A stretch of 63,227 nt of DNA, counting the filler, from Chiloscyllium plagiosum (Eukaryota), in assembly GCF_004010195.1 (NCBI RefSeq). It is 4 parts of one record of this genome, joined end to end, with 100 filler letters (N's around TTAATTAATTAA, not from the genome) between each part and the next. Parts side by side here need not be neighbours in the genome. Positions count along the whole stretch, not along the records: positions 35,579 to 54,474 come from NC_057713.1; positions 54,575 to 63,227 come from NC_057713.1; 2 more parts are not named here. One strand, written 5' to 3'. The notes beneath the pieces are model-generated. The model did not search any database. It was given only the letters and a program-made list of their open reading frames with translations, and had not been told where the DNA came from. Positions 52,560 through 63,227 of this stretch are shown here, in pieces. Made by a program: the position numbers and the translations under genes. Position 1 is the stretch's first letter, and each line of letters begins with the position of its first letter.

Positions 52560-54474
52560 GTCGATGCAGTGGGAACATCCTCCACCCACCCTCCAGCTTT
52601 GCCATCGGAGGAAGCAGAGGTTACCTGACATACGCAGGGCAGCCAAAAGTGTGCCGAACCTGCGGGAGGTCAGGCCACATGGCGGCAGATTGTAAGGTGA
52701 CCGTCTGCCGAAACTGCAAGCAGGAAGGCCACCTGACCAAGGAATGTAAGGAGGCCAAGAACTGTAATCTGTGCGAAGAGGCGGACCACATGTACAAGGC
52801 CTGCCCAAGACGAGGGGCCGCCACCTACACACAGATGGCTGGAGGTGGCAACACGAGCCGTGGACCACCTAAGACCAGCAAGATACCACAAAACAGCATG
52901 GGAACGGTGTCTGGAGGCATCCAGAAGGAAGGGCGGGCTGTAGCAGAGCAGATGGCAGACAGCGGGGAGGTGCAGCAGCTGATCCAAGCTCCTTCAGAAC
53001 AGACGGAGGAAATGGAAGAGATGGGATCAAAGGAGGCAGAGGATTGGATTACCGTGAAAAGCAGGAAGAGGAAACCTTCCAAAGCCACCCAGTGAGGGGG
53101 GAAGCGACACCTAAACGACAAGGATACAGGCAGCTCTTCCGACGGTGAGGACGGGCGCAAGGAGGGTCGTCACCAGAGGAAGAGACAGAGCACCGTGGGG
53201 AAAAAGGAGGNNNNNNNNNNNNNNNGGTCCTGTGACAGCCCCGCTGTCAGATGGAGAACTGGACTATGCGGACCCTGGGCCCGACCTGAAGACACCACAG
53301 CGGGGAAATGGCTTCAGCTTGGAGCCGGAAAGCTACCTCAGCCCTGGGAGGGTCCAGCAGTTTGCCATCACGGGGATGCACACAGCTACCCCAGAGGAGC
53401 AAGACCAGCAACAAATGGACAGTGTCATTCTTGTAAACTCTTAAAATGGGGTTAAAAAATGCCAGCATCAATGTGCGTAGCATCAAATAGGCTACGCGGT
53501 GTGTTTCTACGATGGCCTTCCTGGCCAACGTTAAAGCCGACGTCCTGTTTCTGCAGGAGTGTGGGATACCGCACCTCAGCAGCTACAGGAGATGGTCGAG
53601 CTTGTTGGCCCATGGACTGTCAGTTTGGTTGGGGGGCAACGATAGCCGCGCCTCCGGCCTGGGTATCCTGTTGCGAGGAGGCAACTTCACCATCTCCGAG
53701 GTTAAGGAGGTGGTGGGCGGGCGCCTCCTCGTCGCCGACGTCATGTACAGGAATGCTCCCCTGAGACTGATTAATGTGTACGCCCCAGTGGGTAAGAGTG
53801 AACGGTTGGCCGTCCTGCTGCAGCTTCCACTGTTGCTGGCTATGGCCAGGCCGGTCATTCTGGCCGGAGACTTCAACTGTATCATTGATGCAGATGGACG
53901 ATCCGGGGGGGGGGGAGACAGTAAACTGGACGCCACGTCCAGAGCTCTGATGGACACAGTAAAAGATGCCAAGCTGCATGACGTCTTCAGCACCCCTGCA
54001 GACGGAGCGCAGCGTAGATACACCTGGTCACGGGCAGACGGGTCTATCCGCTCAAGGATAGATTACCTGTTTGTGTCCCGAACGCTCTTGGTCAGATCCA
54101 CCGACGTCAAGCAGGTGTTCTTCTCTGACCACTGCCTCCTGCTGGCCGACTGTCACCTACAGGACGAGCAGCGGGCTGGTAAGGGAACATGGAAGCTGAA
54201 CCCCAAGCTGTTGACCCCAGGAAACATTGAGGAGCTCAAGAGGGACTACGCAGGTTGGAGAACCGTGAAGCCCCTCTTTGAGTCCCCAGCGGACTGGTGG
54301 GAAACAGTAAAAGGGAACATCAAGAGGTTCTTCAACCTCAAAGGTGTTCAGGAGGCGAGAGAGAGGCGGGGAAAACTGTCCCAGCTCCAGGAAAGTATGC
54401 AGAACCTGCTCCTGCTGCAGACGATGGGGGTGGATGTCACGGAGGACCTCAAGGAGGTGAAGGACCAGCAAGCC
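52560..54474 (+). mobile_element. Tx1-type non-LTR retrotransposon: ORF1 C-terminal half and ORF2 endonuclease, cut by a gap
   Basis: Three CCHC knuckles (CRTCGRSGHMAADC, CRNCKQEGHLTKEC, CNLCEEADHMYKAC); ORF2 from ATG 53446 with FLQE, NVYAP, AGDFN, SRIDY, FSDH; single premature stops at 53093 and 53488. Confidence 0.9.
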
Positions 54475-54574
54475 NNNNNNNNNNNNNNNNNNNNNNNNNN
54501 NNNNNNNNNNNNNNNNNNTTAATTAATTAANNNNNNNNNNNNNNNNNNNNNNNNNNNNNNNNNNNNNNNNNNNN
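54475..54574. other. Assembly gap linker
   Basis: 44 N, TTAATTAATTAA, 44 N. Confidence 0.97.
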
Positions 54575-57500
54575 CGGTTTATACTGCAGCACTCGGTTTA
54601 TACTGCAGCTCCTGGTTTTATCTGCAGCTCCTAGATTATACTGCAGCACCCGGTTTATACTGCAACACCTGGTTTATACTGCAGCACCTGGTATGTACTG
54701 CAGCATCCGGTTTATATTGCAGCACCCAGTGTAAACTTCAACATGCCGTTTATACTGCAGCATCCGGTTTATATTGCAGCACCCAGTGTATACTGCAACA
54801 TGCCGTTTATACTGCAGCAACCGGTTTATATTGCAGCACTCGGTTTATACTGCAGCATCCGGTTTACACTGCAGCACCCGGTTTATACTGCAGCATCCGG
54901 TTTACACTACAGCACACGGTTTATACTGCACCACCCGGTTTATATGGCAGCATCCGGTTTACACTGCAGCACCCCATTTATACTGTAGCACCTGGTTTAT
55001 ACTGTTGCACCCAGTGTATACCGCAGCACCTGGTTTGTACTGCAGCACCTGGTTTATACTGCAGCACCTAGTTTACACTGCAGCTGCTGATGTATACAGC
55101 AGAACCTGTTTACACTGCAGCACCCGGTGTGTACTGCAGCACCCGGTGTGTACTGCAGCACCCGGTGTGTACTGCAGCACCCGGTGTATACTGCACCATC
55201 CGGTGTGTACTGCAGCACACGTTTTATACTGCAGCACCTGGTTTGTACTGCAGCACCTAGTTTATACTGCAGCGCCCGGTATACTCTACAGCACCCAGTT
55301 TATACTACAGCACCCGGTGTGTACTGCAGCATCCCGTATACACTGCAGGATCATGGTTTGTACTGCAGCACCTGGTTTGTACTGCAGCACCTGGTTTGTA
55401 CTGCAGCACCTGGTTTGTACTGCTGCGCCAGGTATGTACTGCAGTGCCCTGTTTGTACTGCAGCACCCGGTGTACACTGCAGCACCGGGTTTATACTGCA
55501 GCACTTGGTTTATACAGCAGGACCCAGTCTATACTGCAGAACCTGGTGTATAGTGCTACACCTGATTTATACTGCAGCACCCAGTGTACATTTTAGCACC
55601 TAGTTTATACTGCAGCACCTGGTATATACTGCAGCACCTGGTTTATACTGCAGCACCAGGTATACACTGCTGCTCCCGGTGTACACTGCAGCACCCGGTA
55701 TACGCTGCAACTCCCAGTTTATGCTGCTGCACCCGGTATACACTGCAGCACCTGGTTTACACTACAGCAACAGATGTATACTGCAGCACCCTATTTACAA
55801 TGCAGCACCTGATTTATACTGCAGCACCTGGTGTATACTGCAGCACCCTATTTACAATGCAGCACCTGATTTACACTGCAGCACCCGGTTTATACTGCAG
55901 CACCTGGTGTATACTGCAACACCTGATTTATACTGCAGCACGCAGTGTACACTGTAGCACCTAGTTTATACTGCAACACCTGGTTTATACTGCAGTACCC
56001 GATTTATACTGCAACACCAGGTATACACTGCAACTCCCAGTTTATGCTGCTGCACCCGGTGTACACTGCAGCACCCGGTTTTTACTGCAACACCCGGTTT
56101 ACACTACAACACCACGTTTATACTGCACCACCCGGTTTATACTGCACCACCCGGTTTACGCTGCTGTACCCGGTTTATACTGCAGCACCCGGTATGTATT
56201 GCTGCACCCAGTTTATGATGCAGCTCCCGATTTATACTGCAGTACCTGCTGTATACTGCAGCACGTGGTTTACCCTACAGCACCTGGTTTATACTGCAGC
56301 ACCTGGTTTACGCTGCAGCACCCGATATGTACTGCAAAACCTGGTTAATACTGCAGCACGTGGTTTACACTGCAGCACCCAGTTTACACTGCAGCACCAG
56401 GTTTACACTGCAGCACCTGGTTAATACTGCAGCACCCGGTATACACTGCAGCACATGGTTTACACTGCAGTACCCAGTATACACTGCAGCACCTGGTTAA
56501 TACTGCAGCACATGGTTTACACTGCAGCACCCGGTATATACTGCAGTACCCGGTTAATTCTGCAGCACCTGGTTAACACTGCAGCCCCTGGTTAATACTG
56601 CAGCACGTGGTTTACCCTGCAGCACACGGTATACACTGCAGCGTCTGGTTAACACTGCAGCACGTGGTTTACACTGCAGCACCTGGTTTACACTGCAGTA
56701 CCCGGTTAATACTGCAGCACCTGGTTTACATGCAGCACCTGGTTGACACTGCAGCCCCTGGTGTATACTGCAGCACGTGGTTTACCCTGCAGCACCCGGT
56801 ATACACTGCAGCGTCTGGTTAACACTGCAGCACGTGGTTTACACTGCAGCACCCGGTTTATATTGCAGCACCCAGTGTATACTGCAGCATGCCGTTTATA
56901 CAGCAGCAACCGGTTTATATTGCAGCACCCGGTTTATACGGCAGCACCCGGTTTACACTGCAGCACCCAGTTTACACTGCAGCACCCGGTTTACACTACA
57001 GCACACGGTTTATACTGCAGCATCCGGTTTACACTGCAGCACCCGGTTTATACTGCACCACCCGGTTTATATGGCTGCACCCGGTTTACACTGCAGCACC
57101 CCGTTTATATTGTAGCACCCAGTTTATGCTGTTGCACCCAGTGTATACTGCAGCACCTAGTTTACACTGCAGCTGCTGATGTATACAGCAGAACCTGGTT
57201 TACACTGCAGCACCCGGTGTGTACTGCAGCACCCGGTGTATACTGCAATACCCGGTGTGTACTGCAGCACACATTTTATACTCCAGCACCTGGTTTGCAA
57301 TGCAGCACCTTGTTTATACTGCAGCACCCGGTATACACTACAGCACCCAGTTTATACTACAGCACCCGTTGTGTACTGCAGCCTCCCGTATAAACTGCAG
57401 GATCATGGTTTGTACTGCAGCACCTGGTTTCTACTGCAGCACCCGGTTTACACTGTAGCACCCGGTATATACTGTAGCACCCAGTTTATACTGCTGCACC

Positions 57501-60500
57501 AGGCATGTACTGCAGCACCCTGTTTGTACTGCAGCACCTGGTGTACACTGCAGCACCGGGATTATACTGCAGCACTTGGTTTCCACAGCAGGACCCAGTC
57601 TATACTGCAGAACCCAGTGTATAGTGCTACACCTGATTTATACTGCAGCACCCGGTGTACACTGTAGCACCTAATTTATACTGCAGCACCTGGTTAATAC
57701 TGCAGCACCTGGTATACACTGCAGCACCTGGTTTGCACTGCAGCAACAGATGTATACTGCAGCACCCAATTTACACTGCAGCACCCGGTTTATACTGCAG
57801 CACCTGGTGTATAGTGCAGCCCCCAATATATACTGCAGCACCCAGTTTATACTGCAACACCCGATATATACTGCAGCACCCGGTTTATACTGCAGCACCC
57901 GGTTTATACTGCAGCAACCGATATATACTGCAGCACCCGGTATATACTGCAGCACCTAGTTTATACTGCTGCACCCGGTATACACTACAGCACCCAATTT
58001 ATTACTACAGCACCCGGTGTATATTGCAGCACCCTGTATACACCCCGTATAGCACCCGGTTTACACTGTAGCACCCGGTATATACTGTAGCACCCGGTTT
58101 ATACTGCTGCACCAGGCATGTACTGCTGCACCCTGTGTACACTGCAGCACCGGGTATATATTGCAGCACCTGGTTTATACAGCAGGACCCAGTGTATATT
58201 GCAGAACCCGGTGAATACTGCAACACTTGATTTATACTGCAGCACCCAGTGAACACTGTAGCACCTAGTTTATACTGCAACACCTGGTTTATACTGCAGC
58301 ACTCGGTGTACACTGTAGCACCTAGTTTTTACTGCAGCACACGGTTTATATGCAGTACCCGGTAGACACTGCAGCACCTGGTTTATACTGCAGTACCCGA
58401 TTTATACTGCAACACCTGGTTTACACTGCAGCACGTGGTTTACCCTGCAGCACCCGGTATACACAGCAGCACGTGGTTAATACTGCAGCATCTGGTTAAT
58501 ACTGCAGCATCTGGTTAATACTGCAGCATCTGGTTAATACTGCAGCATCTGGTTAATACTGCAGCATCTGGTTAATACTGCAGCATCTGGTTAATACTGC
58601 AGCATCTGGTTGTTTATACTGTAGCACCCGGTTTATACTGTTGCACCCAGTGTATACTGCAGCACCTAGTTTACACTGCAGCTGCTGATGTATACAGCAG
58701 AACCTGGTTTACACTGCAGCACCCGGTGTGTACTGCAGCACCCGGTGTATACTGCAATACCCGGTGTGTACTGCAGCACACATTTTATACTCCAGCACCT
58801 GGTTTGCAATGCAGCACCTTGTTTATACGGCAGCACCCGGTTTACACTACAGCAAACGGTTTATATTGCAGCATCTGGTTTACATTGCAGCACCCGGTTT
58901 ATACTGCACCACCCGGTTTATACTGCAGCACCCTGTTTATACTGTAGCACCCGGTTTATACTGTTGCACCCAGTGTATACTGCAGCACCTAGTTTACACT
59001 GCAGCTGCTGATGTATACAGCAGAACCTGGTTTACACTGTAGCACCCGGTGTGTACTGCAGCACCCGGTGTATACTGCAATACCCGGTGTGTACTGCAGC
59101 ACACATTTTATACTCCAGCACCTGGTTTGCAATGCAGCACCTTGTTTATACGGCAGCACCCGGTTTACACTACAGCACCCAGTTTATACTACAGCACCCG
59201 TTGTGTACTGCAGCATCCCGTATAAACTGCAGGATCATGGTTTGTACTGCAGCATCTGGTTTATACTGCAGCACCCGGTTTATACTGTAGCACCCGGTTT
59301 ATACTGCTGCACCAGGCATGTACTGCAGCACCCTGTTTGTACTGCAGCAACCGGTGTACACTGCAGCGCCGGGTTTATACTGCAGCACTTGGTTTATACA
59401 GCAGGACCCAGTCTATACTGCAACACCTGATTTATACTGCAGCACCCGGTGTACACTGTAGCACCTAGTATATACTGCAGCACCTGGTTTATACTGCAGC
59501 ACCAGGTATACACTGCTGCACCCGGTGTACACTGTAGCACCTAGTATATACTGCAGCACCTGGTTTATACTGCAGCACCAGGTATACACTGCTGCACCCG
59601 GTGTACACTGCAGCACCCGGTTTACACTGCAGCACCTGGTGTATACTGCAGCACCTGGTGTATACTGCAGCACCTAGTTTATACTGCTGCACCCGATATA
59701 CACTACAGCACCCAGTTTATTACTACAGCACCCGGTGTATACTGCAGCACCCCGTATACACCACGCATAGCACCCGGTATATACTATAGCACCCGGTTTA
59801 TACTGCAGCACCTGGCATGTACTGCAGCACTCTGTTTGTACTGCAACGCCCAGTGTACACTGCAGCACTGGGTGTATAGTGCAGCACCTGGTGTATACAG
59901 CAGGACCCAGAGTATACTTCAGAACCCGGTGTATACTGCAACACCTGATTTACACTGCAGCACCCAGTGTACACTGGAGCACCGAGTTTATACTGCAACA
60001 CCCGGTTTATACGGCAGCACCTGGTGTACACTGCAGCACCTAGTTTTTACTGCTACACCTAGTTTTTACTGCAGCACCTAGTTTATACTGCAGCACATGG
60101 TTTATATGCAGTACCCGGTAGAAAATGCAGCACCTGGTTTATACTGCAGCACCCGGTTTAGACTGCAGTACCGGATTTATACTGCAGTACCCGATTTATA
60201 CTGCAGCACAAGGTATACACTGCAACTCCCAGTTTATGCTGCTGTACCTGGTGTACACTGCAGCACCCGGTTTTTACTGCCACACGCGGTTTACACTACA
60301 ACACCACATTTATACTGCACTACCCGGTATACTCTGCACAACCCAGTTTATACTGCACAATCCAGTTTACACTGCAGCACCTGATTTATTCTGCAGCACC
60401 CGGTTTACACTGCAGCATCCAGTTTATACTGCCGCAACCGGTTTACGCTGCTGTACCCGGTTTATACTGCAGCACTCGGTATGTATTGCAGCACCCGGTT

Positions 60501-63227
60501 TATGATGCAGCTCCCGATTTATACTGCAGTACCTGCTGTATACTGCAGCATGTGGTTTACCCTGCAGCACCTGGTTTATACTGCAGCACCTGGTTTACAC
60601 TGCAGAACGTGGTTTACACTGCAGCACCTGGTTTACACTGCAGCACCTGGTTAATACTGCAGCACCTGGTTTACACTGCAGCACCTGGTTTACCCTGCAG
60701 CATCCGGTATACACTGCAGCTCCTGGTTAATACTGCAGCACGTGGTTTACACTGCAGCTCCTGGTTAATACTGCAATGCCTGGTTTACACTGCAGCACCT
60801 GGTTAATACTGCAGCACCTGGTTTACACTGCAGCACCTGGTTTACCCTGCAGCATCCGGTATACACTGCAGCTCCCGGTTAATACTGCAGCACGTGGTTT
60901 ACACTGCAGCACCCGGTTTACACTGCAGCACGTGGTTAATACTGCAGCACGTGGTTTACACTGCAGCACCCGGTATGTACTGCAGCACACGGTGTATACT
61001 GCAGCATGCCGTTTATACAGCAGCACCCGGTTTATATGGCAGCACCCGGTTTACACTACAGCAAACGGTTTATATTGCAGCATCTGGTTTACATTGCAGC
61101 ACCCGGTTTATACTGCACCACCCGGTTTATACTGCAGCACCCTGTTTATACTGTAGCACCCGGTTTATACTGTTGCACCCAGTGTATACTGCAGCACCTA
61201 GTTTACACTGCAGCTGCTGATGTATACAGTAGAACCTGGTTTACACTGCAGCACCCGGTGTGTACTGCAGCACCCGGTGTATACTGCAATACCCGGTGTG
61301 TACTGCAGCACACATTTTATACTGCAGCACCTGGTTTGCAATGCAGCACCTTGTTTATACGGCAGCACCCGGTTTATACTGCAGCACCCTGTTTATACTG
61401 TAGCACCCGGTTTATACTGTTGCACCCAGTGTATACTGCAGCACCTAGTTTACACTGCAGCTGCTGATGTATACAGTAGAACCTGGTTTACACTGCAGCA
61501 CCCGGTGTGTACTGCAGCACCCGGTGTATACTGCAATACCCGGTGTGTACTGCAGCACACATTTTATACTCCAGCACCTGGTTTGCAATGCAGCACCTTG
61601 TTTACTGCAGTACCCGATTTATACTGCAGCACCAGGTATACACTGCAACTCCCAGTTTATGCTGCTGCACCCGGTATACACTGCAGCACCTGGTTAACAC
61701 TGCAGCATAAGATGTATACTGCAGCACCCGATTTGCAATGCAGCACCCGATTTACACTGCAGCACCCGGTTTATACTGCAGCACCCGGTTTATACTGCAG
61801 CACCTGGTGTATACTGCAACACCTGGTTTATACTGCAGCACCTGGTGTATACTGCAGCACCTAGTTTATACTACAGCACCCAGTTTATTACTACAGCACC
61901 CGGTGTATACTGCAGCACCCCGTATACACCCCGTATAGCACCCGGTATATACTATAGCATCTGGTTTATACTGCAGCACCTGGCATGTACTGCAGCACCC
62001 TGTTTGTACTGCAGCACCCAGTGTACACTGCAGCACCGGGTTTATATTGCAGCATCTGGTTTATACAGCAGAACCCGGTGTACACTGTAGCACCTAGTTT
62101 ATAGTGCAGCACCTGGTTTATACTGCTGCACCTGGTGTACACTGCAGCATCCGGTTTATACTGCAGCACCAGTTTTTACTGCAGCACCTAGTTTTTACTG
62201 CAGCACATGGTTTATATGCAGTACCCGGTAAACACTGCAGCACCTGGTTTGTACTGCAGCACCCGGTTTAAACTGCAGTACCCGATTTATACTGCAGCAC
62301 CCGGTATACACTGCAGCACCCGGTTTATACTGCAGTACCCGATTTATACTGCAGCACCAGGTATACACTGCAACTCCCAGTTTATGCTGCTGCACCCGGT
62401 GTTCACTGCAGCACCCGGTTTTTACTGCCACACCTGATTTACACAACACCACGTTTACACTGCACTACCCGGTATACTATACACCACCCAGTTTATACTG
62501 CACCACCCGGTTTACACTGCAGCACCTGGTTAATACTGCAGCACCTGGTTTACACTGTAGCATCCAGTTTATACTGCCGCAACCGGTTTACGCTGCTGTA
62601 CCCGATTTATACTGCAGCACCCGGTATGTATTGCAGCACCCGGTTTATGTTGCAGCTCCCGATTTATACTGCAGTACCTGCTGTATACTGCAGCACGTGG
62701 TTTATCCTGCAGCACCTGGTTTATACTGCAGCACCTGGTTTACACTGCAGCACGTGGTTTACCCTGCAGCACCTGGTTTACACTGCAGCACCTGGTTAAT
62801 ACTGTAGCACGTGTTTTACCCTACTGCACATGGTATACACTGCAGCACCCAGTAAATACTGCAGCATCTGGTTAATACTGCAACAAGTAGTTTACACTGC
62901 AGCACCCGGTTTATACTGCAGCACCTGGTTAATACTGCAGCATGTGTTTTACCCTGCAGCACATGTTTTACACTGCAGCACCCAGTAAATACTGCAGCAC
63001 CTGGTTAATACTGCAACACATAGTTTACACTGCAGCACCCGGTTTATACTGCAGCACCCGGTTTACACTGCAGCACGTGGTTTACCCTGCAGCACGTGGT
63101 TTACACTGCAGCACCCGGTTAATACTGCAGCACCTGGTTTACACTGTAGCATCCAGTTTATACTGCCGCAACCGGTTTACGCTGCTGTACCCGATTTATA
63201 CTGCAGCACCCGGTATACACTGCAGCA
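54575..63227. repeat. 19-bp tandem satellite, consensus ACTGCAGCACCCGGTTTAT, roughly 450 units, running off the window
   Basis: CTGCAG recurs every 19 nt across ~8.65 kb. Confidence 0.98.

Noticed and set aside
52487..53095. Host zinc-knuckle gene (ZCCHC3/CNBP-like)
   Set aside because: Directly followed by an APE endonuclease ORF2, so it is Tx1 ORF1; the frame continues past the TGA
1..54474. Most short ORFs in the supplied track
   Set aside because: Many use GTG/TTG starts and are antisense or off-frame readings of transposon remnants
54575..63227. Many overlapping ORFs with YCSTRFILQHPVYTAAPGL repeats
   Set aside because: A 19-nt unit with no plus-strand stop gives the same 19-aa repeat in all three frames; artefact of the satellite
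54575..63227. CRISPR-like array
   Set aside because: Units are contiguous with no unique spacers, no cas genes, and the context is eukaryotic

Overview
Eukaryotic, repeat-dense vertebrate DNA, most likely a shark (inferred from a V-SINE/HE1-type SINE and CR1/HER1-type LINE tails). No host protein-coding gene could be identified. The first ~54.5 kb is a mosaic of mostly decayed retroelements: a Ty3/Gypsy remnant, many CR1 LINEs, RTE and L2/Crack-like fragments, SINEs, a full-length L1 nested in a CR1, a Tx1-type L1 and many Penelope-like element (PLE) pieces. The last ~8.65 kb is a 19-bp satellite with higher-order structure. The most notable signal is a set of minimal hammerhead ribozyme motifs (CUGANGA-stem II-GAAA-palindromic stem III) on both strands. 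They lie in PLE terminal repeats, often as inverted pairs in short fold-back insertions, several with 12-16 bp target-site duplications (TSDs). Hammerheads in PLEs are already known, so the novelty is in this architecture and density. Three 100-bp N-TTAATTAATTAA-N blocks are assembly linkers. Coordinates were read by eye; boundaries of old repeats are approximate and no searches were run.
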